Shown here one piece after another: positions 20,334 through 30,066 of a stretch of DNA of 64,000 bases (position 1 is its first letter; each line of letters starts with the position of its first letter). Source of the DNA: Bacillota bacterium (lineage in GTDB: Bacteria > Bacillota > SHA-98 > UBA4971); assembly GCA_012842395.1 (NCBI GenBank), contig DUSX01000034.1, positions 388,650-452,649 of the forward strand. Direction: 5' to 3'. The notes under the pieces were generated by a model. The model saw only the letters and a program-made list of their open reading frames with translations. It was not told the origin of the DNA and made no database searches. The translations under genes were made by a program, and so were the position numbers.

Positions 20334-21314
20334 TCACCCAACAAACACCCTTATGGGGCGGATCATCGCCCGCCTCCCAGACATCTCCAGCTTCGCGACT
20401 CCGAGGAGCTCGCCGCCAGCCCCGTGCACTCTGACGATCCCTGCGGACGAGCGGTCGCACTCGCAGACCGTGTCCGCCTCCGGCCGCTCCTGGGTCACGC
20501 GTTCGTGTTCGGCGGCCGAAAGCTCGACCTGCGCCCCGCATGCCACCTTCCGTGCGTCCTCGCCGCTCACCGCCACCGCGGGCAGGTGGGACAGCCCCGC
20601 GGCGATCGGCAACACGAGCGCGCGAAGGCGGCCCTCCCTCGCAAGCGCCTCGACCTCATCCAGGGTGTGCGCGTCCGCCAATGTGAAGCGTCCCACGCGC
20701 GTTCGCACGAGCGACCCCAGGTGAGCGCCGCAGCCGAGCGCTTCGCCGATGTCCGCCGCAAGCTGGCGGATGTAGGTTCCTGAGGAGCAGACGACGCTCA
20801 GAGTTACCCGGGCACCCACGGTGAGCGGGTCGTCCGGCCATGACTCGACACGGATGTCGTACACGGTTACGCGCCTGGGGGCGCGTTCGACCTCGATTCC
20901 CGCACGCGCAAGCTCGTACAAGCGTTGCCCTTCGTGATGCACGGCGGACACCATCGGTGGCACCTGAAGGATCTCGCCTGTAAATCGCCGGGTCACGTCT
21001 TCAAAGAAGGCCCTCGATACCTTGACCTCGCTTGCGACTTGAACGACCGTGCCGGAAGCGTCGTGAGTATCAGTGACAATGCCCAAGACCATCTCGGCCC
21101 TGTAGGCCTTCGGTAATCCGAGCATAAACCGCATGGCGGCGGTCGCCCTGCCGAGAAGCACGACAAGGACACCCGTGGCATCAGGGTCGAGCGTTCCTGC
21201 GTGGCCGACCCGCCTCTGCCCCGTGGCGCGCCTTATTCGCGCCACCACGTCGTGGGACGTCATCCCCCCGGGTTTGGCTATGACCAGGATCCCGTCGATG
21301 CCGTTCATCGCCAC
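20334..21314 (-). CDS. truB: tRNA pseudouridine(55) synthase TruB
   Basis: GILVIAKPGGMTSHDVVARIRR…GHAGTLDPDATGVLVVLLGRAT, followed by a PUA domain. Confidence 0.9.
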   Translation of the reverse strand: MAMNGIDGILVIAKPGGMTSHDVVARIRRATGQRRVGHAGTLDPDATGVLVVLLGRATAAMRFMLGLPKAYRAEMVLGIVTDTHDASGTVVQVASEVKVSRAFFEDVTRRFTGEILQVPPMVSAVHHEGQRLYELARAGIEVERAPRRVTVYDIRVESWPDDPLTVGARVTLSVVCSSGTYIRQLAADIGEALGCGAHLGSLVRTRVGRFTLADAHTLDEVEALAREGRLRALVLPIAAGLSHLPAVAVSGEDARKVACGAQVELSAAEHERVTQERPEADTVCECDRSSAGIVRVHGAGGELLGVAKLEMSGRRAMIRPIRVFVG

Positions 21315-21320
21315 CCGGAC

Positions 21321-22292
21321 CTACCTGGCCGCCATCATCTCGTATACCTTGCTCAGGACCATCTGCCGCGCATCCTCCAGAGAAGCCGCGTCCACGCTGC
21401 ACCCCGCCGCTCTCGAGTGGCCGCCTCCGTCAAACGCCTCCGCAAGCGCGCTCACGTCGAAGTCTCCCCTGGACCTCATGCCAACGCGGATCTTGCCCTC
21501 CTCGCTTTCCCGAAAGAGGAGGGCCACCTCAACGCCCTTGACCATGCGGGGGTAGTTCACGAAACCCTCGGTCTGCCCCTCGTCGACGCCGAACTCCGAG
21601 AGCCACTCGCGCCTGATCTCAACCCACGCCACCTTGCCTGCGTCATCGATCTTCAGGGTATCAAGCACGCGGCCGAGCAGTTTAAGGCTGCTCAGAGTCT
21701 TGGTTTCGTACACTTGCTCGGAGATCCTGAAGGGCTCCGCTCCCTTTTCAACTAACCGCGCGGCGATGCGCAGGGTCGTCGGGGTCGTGTTCGAGAACCG
21801 GAAGAAGCCCGAGTCGGTCCCGAGGGCTGTGAAAAGGCAGGTCGCCATATCCCTATCGACAGGCACACGCATGGCGGTCAGGATCCTGTACACCTGCTCT
21901 CCGACGGCTGCCGCGCCCGGATCGACGTAATTGTACGTGCCGAACATCTTGTTCGTAACGTGGTGATCCACGTTGATCACAGGCGTGCCTGGAGGGATCT
22001 TCCCGGCGATGTCTTCGATACGATCGAGGTCGCTCGAGTCAAGGACCACGACCGCTTCGAACTCCCCTGCGATGCGGTCGGGCGTGACTATCCTGTTCGA
22101 ACCAGGCAGAAAGCTCAAGCTGTCAGGCACCCCACCCGGACACGACAGGATGGAGCGCCTTCCGGTCTTCTGAAGCCCGAAGCCCAGGCCGAGCGTGGAG
22201 CCGACAGCGTCCCCATCAGGCAGCACATGAGTCGCTACTAGAAACGTGCGATAACGCGTGAGGATGCGCGCGATGTCCTCGTGACTCTCCAC
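21321..22292 (-). CDS. nrnA: DHH-family phosphoesterase (NrnA-like oligoribonuclease / pAp phosphatase)
   Basis: …THVLPDGDAVGSTLGLG…VINVDHHVTN… are DHH motifs. C-terminal DHHA1 (…GGGHSRAAGCSV…). Confidence 0.75.
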   Translation of the reverse strand: MESHEDIARILTRYRTFLVATHVLPDGDAVGSTLGLGFGLQKTGRRSILSCPGGVPDSLSFLPGSNRIVTPDRIAGEFEAVVVLDSSDLDRIEDIAGKIPPGTPVINVDHHVTNKMFGTYNYVDPGAAAVGEQVYRILTAMRVPVDRDMATCLFTALGTDSGFFRFSNTTPTTLRIAARLVEKGAEPFRISEQVYETKTLSSLKLLGRVLDTLKIDDAGKVAWVEIRREWLSEFGVDEGQTEGFVNYPRMVKGVEVALLFRESEEGKIRVGMRSRGDFDVSALAEAFDGGGHSRAAGCSVDAASLEDARQMVLSKVYEMMAAR

Positions 22293-22669
22293 TAGTCTCG
22301 GCCCTCCTCTTCCTTTCCCGTCTCTTTCTCGCTTTGGATCTCCTTAAGGAGCTCGAACACCCGCGCCCCGCGCTTTATCGACGTATCGTAGCGGAAAACG
22401 ATCTCGGGAGTGTGCCGCAGCCTGATACGCCGCCCTATCTCGCTACGAACGAACCCGGTGGCGCTCTCGAGAGCCGCCATTGTCTCGTCAACCTGAGCCT
22501 TATCGCCCATAACGCTAACGAAGATCTTCACGTGCCGCAGGTCGTCCGATACCTCCACATCGGTGACGGTCGCGAACCCCAGCCTCGGGTCCTTGATTTC
22601 ACGAGCCAGGATGTCCGCGACCTCGGAACGGATCGCTTCCGCAACTCTCTCAACCCTGAGTCGAGCCAT
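22292..22669 (-). CDS. rbfA: Ribosome-binding factor A
   Basis: MARLRVERVAEAIRSEVADILAREIKDPRLGFATVTDVEVSDDLRHVKIFVSV... Confidence 0.85.
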   Translation of the reverse strand: MARLRVERVAEAIRSEVADILAREIKDPRLGFATVTDVEVSDDLRHVKIFVSVMGDKAQVDETMAALESATGFVRSEIGRRIRLRHTPEIVFRYDTSIKRGARVFELLKEIQSEKETGKEEEGRD

Positions 22670-22702
22670 CTCCCATCACCTTCCGGTGGTCAACGGTGGT
22701 CC

Positions 22703-22984
22703 TCAAATGATGGTCCTCTCCCAATTCGTGACCTCGAGGTCCGCATCGGTCTCGACGTCGCGCAGCACACGCGAGAGAACGCTGTCCACGAGCCTCGCCT
22801 CGTTGGAGACGCAGGCGACCCCGAGCGTGCAGCGCTGCCAAAGGTCACAGTCGGCTATCTCCGCAATAGCCACGTTGTGCCTTGCCCTCACCCTGTCGCA
22901 GACTCTCTTGACGACGCGTCGCTTGTCCTTAAGAGAGGTCGCCCCGCCTATGAAGAGCTCGAGCTTCAGAATGCCTACTATCAT
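22703..22984 (-). CDS. ylxP: DUF503 (YlxP-like) protein
   Basis: MIVGILKLELFIGGATSLKDKRRVVKRVCDRVRARHNVAIAEIADCDLWQRCTLGVACVSN... Sits between infB and rbfA as in Bacillus. Start is taken at the internal Met, by homology. Confidence 0.7.
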   Translation of the reverse strand: MIVGILKLELFIGGATSLKDKRRVVKRVCDRVRARHNVAIAEIADCDLWQRCTLGVACVSNEARLVDSVLSRVLRDVETDADLEVTNWERTII

Positions 22985-23078
22985 CGCACCCTTCCGACTC
23001 ACCTGCAACCCCTCCGAAGCATCGGCACGGACCCGGCTGCACGGCCGCGAACCGCGAGATCACGCGTCCGCGCAGCCC

Positions 23079-26000
23079 CTAGAGCTCTCGGCGGGTCTCC
23101 TCCACCGTGAAAGCCTCGATGACGTCGCCTTCCTTGATGTCGTGGAAGTTCGCAAGGCCGATCCCACACTCGTACCCCGTGGCCACCTCGGGGACGTCGT
23201 CCTTGAACCTTTTCAGCGATTCGATCCGGCCCTCGTGGATGACCACGTTGTCGCGGAGGACTCGTGCCAACGCGTCGCGGGTGATCTTGCCCTCGCTTAC
23301 CTTGCACCCAGCCACGACACCAACCTTGGGTACATGGAAGGTAGCCATGACTTCGGCGCGCCCGACGGTCACCTCGCGCCTCTCAGGCTCGAGCAAACCT
23401 TCCATGGCGGCCTTCACATCGGCCGTGGCGTCGTAGATGATGCGGTAGAGTCGGATATCCACGCCGTCACGCTCGGCCATCTTCTTCGCGTTGGCATCAG
23501 GCCGCACTTGGAACCCGATGATGATGGCACCTGATGCGGATGCCAGCATGACATCGCTCTCGGTGATCGCACCCACGCCAGCATGGATCACGTTCACCTT
23601 CACCTCGTCGGTGGAGAGGTGTTCCAGCGACTGGCGGAGCGCCTCGACCGATCCTTGCACGTCAGCCTTGATGATGAGATTGAGCTCTTTCACCTCACCT
23701 TCTTTGATCTTGCCGAACAACGCCTCCAGGCTGACGGGGCGGGCTCCCTGGATCTCCTCCGCCCGCTTCCTCTCAAGGCGTCTCGCAGCGAGCTGCTTGG
23801 CCAGCTTGTCTTCGGACACAACGTGAAGCACGTCGCCGGCCTGTGGCACCTCCGAGAACCCAAGCACCTCCACGGGCATGGAGGGCTCTGCGGCTTCGAC
23901 CGGCTTCCCCTGGTCGTCGGTCATGGCTCGGACCTTCCCGAATACTTCGCCGGCAACGATGGGATCGCCCACGCGAAGCGTTCCCTTCTCCACGAGCACG
24001 GTGGCAACCGGTCCCCTTCCTCTGTCGAGCCGCGCCTCTATTACGGTGCCCTTCGCCGGTCTATTCGGGTTGGCCTTCAGCTCCCTCATATCCGCAACCA
24101 GCAGGATCATCTCCAAGAGTTCCTCTATGCCCTGCTTGCGGAGGGCGGATATCTCCACGGTGACCGTGTCGCCGCCCCATTCCTCGGGCACGAGACCCTG
24201 CTGGGCGAGCTCCTGCTTGACCCTGTCGGGCTGGGCGTTCGCCTTGTCTATCTTGTTTATCGCGACCACGATCGGTACCTTGGCCGCCCTGGCGTGATTA
24301 ATGGCCTCCACGGTCTGCGGCATCACGCCGTCATCAGCTGCCACCACAAGCACCGCTATGTCTGTCACCTGAGCGCCGCGCGCGCGCATCGCCGTGAACG
24401 CCTCGTGACCGGGCGTGTCTATGAAAGTGATCTTCCTGCCGCCGAGCTCCACTTGGTACGCGCCGATGTGCTGCGTTATACCGCCGGCCTCCTGCGCGGT
24501 TACATTGGTTTGGCGAATCGCGTCGAGAAGCGAGGTCTTCCCATGGTCAACGTGTCCAAGCACCGTAACCACGGGCGGCCTCGGCTGGAGAGCCTCCGGA
24601 GCGTCAGGAACGTCCTCGATCCCGAATTCGCGAGCCTCCTTCTGCTCCAGCGGCTCGACATCAAAGCCGTGCTCATCAGCGACCAAGCTCGCAGCGTCGA
24701 AATCGATCTCCTGGTTTATGGTGGCAAGGACTCCCATGGTCATCAGGGACTTGATCACCTCGGCAGAGCCGATACCGAGCTTCTCGGCAAGCTCGCCAAC
24801 GGTGATCCGGGGCGGGAGCGCGATCTTAGTTTGCTTCTTCGGGTGCTCCCGTCTCTTCGCAGCTGTCGCCGGCTGCACGGTGGCTCCTCGTTTGGGCATC
24901 CTCGCTCTGATGATAGCCTCCGCTCTCGCCTCACGCAGCTTCTCAGCGCCCTTGCCGGTCTTGATGAGCTCGAGCCTCCGTTCCGTTGGGCGCTCTCTCC
25001 GGTCCTTGCGCTCGTCCTTGTGTTCCCTTCTCGTCTCGGGCTTCTCGCGCCGCTCGACAGGCGCGGCCGAAGGCTTCTTAGCCTCCGGAGCCGCCGGACC
25101 TTGGTGACCACCATGGGCAGGACGGGGCCGCGCCTCCGCGCCTGCCTCAACACCTGCCGACGGACGGACTGACTCAGGGCGCTTGACCGCGGGCTGTCTT
25201 GGACCGCGCTGGCTCGAGGGGCTCTCGGCAGCCGCCGAGGGTTGCGGCTTCTCCGCACCCCGGACATGCTCGACCGCGCCCGCCGCGCCGGCTCGCTCTT
25301 CCTCAGGAGGCGTAAGCCCGGCGGCAGACAGAGCTTCCTGGTGAACCTTTTCAGCCGGTGCGGCGCTCGCGCCGGTCGGTGCGGGAGCGCTCGCGCTGGC
25401 GGAAGCTGCGGCCTTTGCGGTAGTCTCTCCCTCGCTTCCGGTCACCCGCACAACCTCTGGGGCCTTCTCCGGTGCCTTTGCGGCAACCTCCGGTGTCTCA
25501 GGCACAGCCCCGGCAGGGGCCGGCGCCTGAGGAGCAGGAGTCGTCGCGACCTGCGCAACCTGCGGAGTAGGCTTTTCCGGCTGTTTCCTGTGCACAGCCG
25601 CGTCAGCGCCCGCAACAACGGAAGGAGACGCGGAGGCGGTCCCAGCGGCTGTCTCCGGCGCCCGACGCTCCGGTGGAGGGGGCGGCACACTGGGGCGAAT
25701 CTGCCGCGGCCTCCTCAGGACATCGGGTCTGCCATGCGCAGCACCGGGAGCCGTAGCAGGCCTCACGGTCGAGGCGCCAGCTCCAAGACCAGGCCGGGTG
25801 GGTTGAGCCTGTGGCCTCACCCCGGCACCGGGCACCGTGGGAGCGATCTGCGTCGGCCAATGCCTTGCCGGACCTGGCTTTTGAGCGACGGATGGAGCCC
25901 CTGCTGGAGTCCACCGCCGGTCCTCGCGGTCATGAGGCCGTCCGTGTGCCGCTCCAGGTCTCGTCTCGCCAGCCGGTCTCGGCGCCCAGCCCGGCCTCTG

Positions 26001-26405
26001 CGCAGATACGGGCAAGGCACCGGGATGACCTCCCCTCGCGTCGCCCGCAGTGGGACGAGGCCTGGCCGGACCGTGTGCCGACACGCCTCCGCGTGAGGCG
26101 GTCGGCCTCGGCAGAGGCACGGGCTTCGGCTTCGGTTTCGGCTTCTCACGGGCCGGCTGCTGCTCTTTCGGCGTCGGCTTCTCCTCCTCCGCGGCTGGCT
26201 GAGCACGTCCCGCGGCCGCGTTCTCGGGCTCCTTTCGCCCTTCCTTCTCCGCAAACCTGTTCTTTATGAACCTGACTACGTTGTCCTCCAGGGCGCTCAT
26301 ATGGTTCTTGTCGCGCACGCCCGACTCGGCGAGGAGATCAAGGATCTCCTTGCTGTTCTTGCCAAGCTCGCGTGCGAGCTCGTATACCCTGGTCTTCTTC
26401 CCCAT
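23079..26405 (-). CDS. infB: Translation initiation factor IF-2 with a very long Pro/Ala-rich N-terminal linker
   Basis: N-terminus [31 protein letters not shown]-domain …[19 protein letters not shown]…[16 protein letters not shown]… 1108 aa, with about 500 aa of low-complexity linker. Confidence 0.9.
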   Translation of the reverse strand: MGKKTRVYELARELGKNSKEILDLLAESGVRDKNHMSALEDNVVRFIKNRFAEKEGRKEPENAAAGRAQPAAEEEKPTPKEQQPAREKPKPKPKPVPLPRPTASRGGVSAHGPARPRPTAGDARGGHPGALPVSAQRPGWAPRPAGETRPGAAHGRPHDREDRRWTPAGAPSVAQKPGPARHWPTQIAPTVPGAGVRPQAQPTRPGLGAGASTVRPATAPGAAHGRPDVLRRPRQIRPSVPPPPPERRAPETAAGTASASPSVVAGADAAVHRKQPEKPTPQVAQVATTPAPQAPAPAGAVPETPEVAAKAPEKAPEVVRVTGSEGETTAKAAASASASAPAPTGASAAPAEKVHQEALSAAGLTPPEEERAGAAGAVEHVRGAEKPQPSAAAESPSSQRGPRQPAVKRPESVRPSAGVEAGAEARPRPAHGGHQGPAAPEAKKPSAAPVERREKPETRREHKDERKDRRERPTERRLELIKTGKGAEKLREARAEAIIRARMPKRGATVQPATAAKRREHPKKQTKIALPPRITVGELAEKLGIGSAEVIKSLMTMGVLATINQEIDFDAASLVADEHGFDVEPLEQKEAREFGIEDVPDAPEALQPRPPVVTVLGHVDHGKTSLLDAIRQTNVTAQEAGGITQHIGAYQVELGGRKITFIDTPGHEAFTAMRARGAQVTDIAVLVVAADDGVMPQTVEAINHARAAKVPIVVAINKIDKANAQPDRVKQELAQQGLVPEEWGGDTVTVEISALRKQGIEELLEMILLVADMRELKANPNRPAKGTVIEARLDRGRGPVATVLVEKGTLRVGDPIVAGEVFGKVRAMTDDQGKPVEAAEPSMPVEVLGFSEVPQAGDVLHVVSEDKLAKQLAARRLERKRAEEIQGARPVSLEALFGKIKEGEVKELNLIIKADVQGSVEALRQSLEHLSTDEVKVNVIHAGVGAITESDVMLASASGAIIIGFQVRPDANAKKMAERDGVDIRLYRIIYDATADVKAAMEGLLEPERREVTVGRAEVMATFHVPKVGVVAGCKVSEGKITRDALARVLRDNVVIHEGRIESLKRFKDDVPEVATGYECGIGLANFHDIKEGDVIEAFTVEETRREL

Positions 26406-26425
26406 ACACCCACCACCTTCAAATC

Positions 26426-26773
26426 TTAGCGGCCTTCGGCGGGAGGCTTTCCACTCGTGAGCGAGGAGATCTCACGCATGAGGCTCTCCACCACTCCTTC
26501 TGGCACAGAGGCCTCGAGAGCTGCATCCAGCCGTTTGCCCTTCAACGCTAGCTCGAGGCACTTCGGGTCGGGGCAGATGTATGCCCCCCGCCCTGAGCGT
26601 TTCCCGGTGGGGTCCACCTCGATGACACCCTCCGGTGTGCGCACGATCCTGACGAGCTCCCTCTTGGGTCGGACCTGTCTGCATCCCACGCACGTACGCT
26701 GGGGAACCTTCTTTACTCTCTGCTGACGCGCCTTACCTCTCGCCATTGCGGCAATCCACCCGCCCCGCCTCAC
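26426..26773 (-). CDS. ylxR: YlxR/DUF448 RNA-binding protein (RnpM-like)
   Basis: …[23 protein letters not shown]…[22 protein letters not shown]… Lies between nusA and infB. Likely start is the internal M ([11 protein letters not shown]). Confidence 0.7.
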   Translation of the reverse strand: MRRGGWIAAMARGKARQQRVKKVPQRTCVGCRQVRPKRELVRIVRTPEGVIEVDPTGKRSGRGAYICPDPKCLELALKGKRLDAALEASVPEGVVESLMREISSLTSGKPPAEGR

Positions 26774-28380
26774 AGATCTACGTCCAGGTCCAGGTCATCG
26801 TCGAAATCGACGTCACGCTTGGACTTCTTCGGCACGCGGGTCTTCTTCGGTATCTCCTCGTCCAAGACCTCGTCTCTCTTCGCTTTGTCTTTCTTCTTGC
26901 GCCGGCCCGTAGTACCTTCGCCCGGGCCTTCCTTCTCCACCTGTTCGCCGCCCCTACCCGATGCTTCTGCGCCTGATGCTTCTGCGCTCGTTTCGGTGAC
27001 AGGCTCCGGCCGCTCAACCTCCTGCTCGTTCGCCTCGGACGAACCCGCAAACGCGCCCGCCTCAGCGGATCTCGGGCCTGAAAGCTCTACCGCCCGCTGC
27101 GATTCGGCAAGGCCTGCGGTCTCCCCGGCCTCGGCAGCCTCTCCGGTCTTGGGCTCGTCGTGAGCAGGCGCGGCTACATCCGGAATCACGTCTGGCGTCG
27201 CAGGCGGCAACTCTATCTCAGGCTGGGCCCGGCCTGCCGTCTCGGGCGCGGCCGGGCTCTCCGGCACGCCCTCGCAGGCCTCGGCGCGTGGCTCCTGCTC
27301 CCGCGCGGCCTCCTCTGCGGCCAGGCGTTCCTCTTCCTCCTCGAGCGCTCGGGCCTGCGAGTCGCTCTTGATGTCGATCTTCCACCCGGTGAGCTTGGCC
27401 GCGAGCCGGACGTTCTGGCCTTCCTTTCCGATCGCCAGGGAGAGCTGGTTGTCAGGCACGATCGCCCTGGCGATGTGGTTCGCCTCGTCGACGCGCGTCA
27501 AGATGACGCGCGCGGGACTCAGAGCGTTGGACACGTAAATGCCCGGATCATCATGCCATTGAATGATGTCTATCTTTTCGCCCCGCAGCTCAGCGACGAT
27601 CTTCTGGACCCGCATCCCCCGGGGGCCAACGCAGGCGCCTACGGCGTCCACATTCGGGTCATACGAAAGCACCGACACCTTGGCCCTGCTGCCAGCCTCT
27701 CTCGCAATGCCTTTTATCTCCACGGTCCCATCGTATACCTCAGGCACTTCGAGCTCCAACAGCCTCTTGAGAAGCCCTGGATGGCTCCGCGAGACGACCA
27801 CCTGAGGCCCTTTGGGCGTCTTTCTCGCCTCCACGATGTAGACCTTGATCCTGTCGCCGAATGAGTAGTTCTCCCGTTGCACCTGCTCAGATGGTGGCAT
27901 GACGGCCTCCACTCGGCCAAGGTCGACGATGACGTTGCGCATTTCCCGTCGCTGCACGATCCCCGTCACCACGTCGCCTTCCCTATTGCTGTACTCCTCG
28001 TAGATGACACCCCGCTCGGCCTCGCGGATCTTCTGCACCACCACCTGCTTGGCGGTCTGTGCCGCGATGCGCCCGAATTCACGGGGCGTGACCTCGACCT
28101 CGAAGACGTCGCCGATCTGGTGCGTCGGATCGACCGCCCGGGCCTCGTCCAGCGATATCTCCTGCCTGGGGTCCCGCGGCACCTCCACGACGTTCTTGTG
28201 AGCGTAGACGTTGATATCACCAGTTTCAGGGTCTATCTTCACCCTGACGTTCTGGGAAGAGCCGTAGTTGCGCTTGAACGCGGAGACCAGCGCTGTCTCA
28301 ATTGCCTCAAGCAGCGCAGCGCGCGGGATCCCCCGTTCTTTCTCAAGTTGCGTGAGCGCCTGAATGACCTCGGAATTCAT
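26770..28380 (-). CDS. nusA: Transcription termination/antitermination factor NusA with an acidic C-terminal tail of ~200 aa
   Basis: [40 protein letters not shown]… ATG at 28380 with GGAGGG 5 nt upstream. S1 and KH domains. Track ORF is over-extended to 28470. Confidence 0.9.
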   Translation of the reverse strand: MNSEVIQALTQLEKERGIPRAALLEAIETALVSAFKRNYGSSQNVRVKIDPETGDINVYAHKNVVEVPRDPRQEISLDEARAVDPTHQIGDVFEVEVTPREFGRIAAQTAKQVVVQKIREAERGVIYEEYSNREGDVVTGIVQRREMRNVIVDLGRVEAVMPPSEQVQRENYSFGDRIKVYIVEARKTPKGPQVVVSRSHPGLLKRLLELEVPEVYDGTVEIKGIAREAGSRAKVSVLSYDPNVDAVGACVGPRGMRVQKIVAELRGEKIDIIQWHDDPGIYVSNALSPARVILTRVDEANHIARAIVPDNQLSLAIGKEGQNVRLAAKLTGWKIDIKSDSQARALEEEEERLAAEEAAREQEPRAEACEGVPESPAAPETAGRAQPEIELPPATPDVIPDVAAPAHDEPKTGEAAEAGETAGLAESQRAVELSGPRSAEAGAFAGSSEANEQEVERPEPVTETSAEASGAEASGRGGEQVEKEGPGEGTTGRRKKKDKAKRDEVLDEEIPKKTRVPKKSKRDVDFDDDLDLDVDL

Positions 28381-28756
28381 CGTAACCCTCCTCGCCACCC
28401 GGCGAATTATCCCGTATTCCGTATCACAAGCCGCAAAATGCGGGCATTCCGCCCGCCCACCGAAGACCACGATCCAGGTCTACCCGCAGCCCAAGGCCCC
28501 AAGGCCCCAAGCAGGTCACCGGAAGTCCGCCGCGCCGCTTCTCGGCGCACAAGTCCCGCTCAGGGTCGCCGGCCTTGCTCTCCAGCTCCAGGCCTTGCCC
28601 TCCAGGGAGAAGACGCCTGCGGTGCGCCTCACCGAATCTCGCGCACGCTCCGCCCGAATTCCAGCCGCCCGGCCGTGCGAGCACCGGCAATCCTGGTACC
28701 GCCAAGAACCCCACAAGAAAGAGATGAAAACCCGTGGCACCGTGCCGCTCAGACGC

Positions 28757-29224
28757 CTAGACCTCCACAACGAGCCTCGCGTGGCTGATCTTCTCGCGTG
28801 GCACCTCCACCGTGCGCTCTCCCGTGTCGAGCCTGACCTTCCCGTCGGCCACGCCTAGAAGCCGGCCTTCAAGCGACTTCCTCCCGTCTACGGGCGCATA
28901 AGTCGTGATGAGCACCATGCGCCCGCGGAACCGCTCGTAATCACTCTCCCGCCTCAAAGGCTTCTCCCCCGAGGACGAGACCTCCAGCACGTAGCTCTGG
29001 GGGATCGGATCGAGCTCGTCCAGCTTGGCGCCGAGCTCGTTGTTGAGCCACTCGCAATCATCCATGGACACTCCCTCGGGCCGGTCGATATATACCCTGA
29101 GGTACCACTGCCCGCCTTCGCGGACATATTCCACGTCTACGAGCTCAATCCCTTTTCCGTCCAACATCGGTCGCAGGATCTCCGTGACCAGATTCTCGAC
29201 ATCCTCAGCTTTCACGTGATTTCC
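28757..29224 (-). CDS. rimP: Ribosome maturation factor RimP
   Basis: GTG at 29224 (GGAGGA, then 6 nt) gives MKAEDVENLVTEILRPMLDGKGIELVDVEYVREGGQWYLRVYIDRPEGVSMDDCEWLNNELGAKLD… Track ORF is over-extended to 29329. Confidence 0.85.
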   Translation of the reverse strand, partial: GNHVKAEDVENLVTEILRPMLDGKGIELVDVEYVREGGQWYLRVYIDRPEGVSMDDCEWLNNELGAKLDELDPIPQSYVLEVSSSGEKPLRRESDYERFRGRMVLITTYAPVDGRKSLEGRLLGVADGKVRLDTGERTVEVPREKISHARLVVEV

Positions 29225-29404
29225 TCCTCTGCTCGAACCCACAGTTCGAACGCACAGTGCAGGCCTCACGAGCCTGGTCTTCATCCCGGGCCGGGCCGCG
29301 TCGGGCCGCGTCGTGCAGGATGAAGCCAAACCACCTCACAACACGAGAGAGTGGGTTTCCCCACTCTCCACAATTGCTGCGACGTTCACAGCGCGAAGGC
29401 TCTG

Positions 29405-29418
29405 CCTTAGTATAACAC
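29405..29418 (-). promoter_or_regulatory. Candidate extended -10 promoter (TGTTATACT) for the rimP-nusA-ylxR-infB operon
   Basis: Minus strand reads gTGTGTTATACTaagg, about 180 nt upstream of the rimP start. No clear -35. Confidence 0.3.
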
Positions 29419-29689
29419 ACCAAGCGCCGCCGCGCAACAACAGAGGGCCGCAGGGGCGGCAAGGGGCCGCAACCTGCACGGATACAAAGCTCCAAGACCG
29501 TGTGTAAGGTCGCGAGGATTCCAAAGCGGCTGGCGGCGGAACGAGCTACGGTGCGCCTGAAGGCCGCTGGGCGGCGTGAGAGCTGTGGAGAACGCCCCTC
29601 GAACGGTCTCCATCTATCGCAGGGGAAGAAATCCGCGCGCAGAGCATATGATCGCTGTGACACGGCACAAAGCATCGGAGGCTTGTGGG

Positions 29690-29956
29690 ATGGCAGAGGA
29701 AAACAAAGTGGTTGCGGCCATGGCGTGTCTCAGGGCAGCTGGCGCGCTCGTCGAGATCCTCGGCGCGCTGCTCATGCTCAAGTGCAGCCGGGTCTCTGCA
29801 GCCCTAAGGATCAACGCCGTTCTGGGGCTCCTGGGCCCCGCCGTCGTTGCGCTCGTGTGCGCGCTGGGGCTCTCGGGCATCGCGGGTCGCGTGTCATGGG
29901 TGAAGATGTTTATCATCCTCTGTGGCTCCATGCTGATCGTGGCAGCAACTAGGTAG
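29690..29956 (+). CDS. Small two-TM membrane protein, DUF2619/YqhV-like
   Basis: MAEENKVVAAMACLRAAGALVEILGALLMLKCSRVSAALRINAVLGLLGPAVVALVCALGLSGIAG… shares a pattern with B. subtilis YqhV (A.LR..SG..E...A.LMLK..V..AL.IN..L...GP). GGAGG 8 nt before the ATG. Confidence 0.5.
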   Translation: MAEENKVVAAMACLRAAGALVEILGALLMLKCSRVSAALRINAVLGLLGPAVVALVCALGLSGIAGRVSWVKMFIILCGSMLIVAATR

Positions 29957-30066
29957 TCCTGGCCCGGTGCGCGCCCCGGACGCCATTCTCTTGAAATCAA
30001 GCAGGTCCAAGTGTAGAATAAGGAAGGCAACAGAAGATTGGACGAGCGTTCGATAACAGGGAGGAG

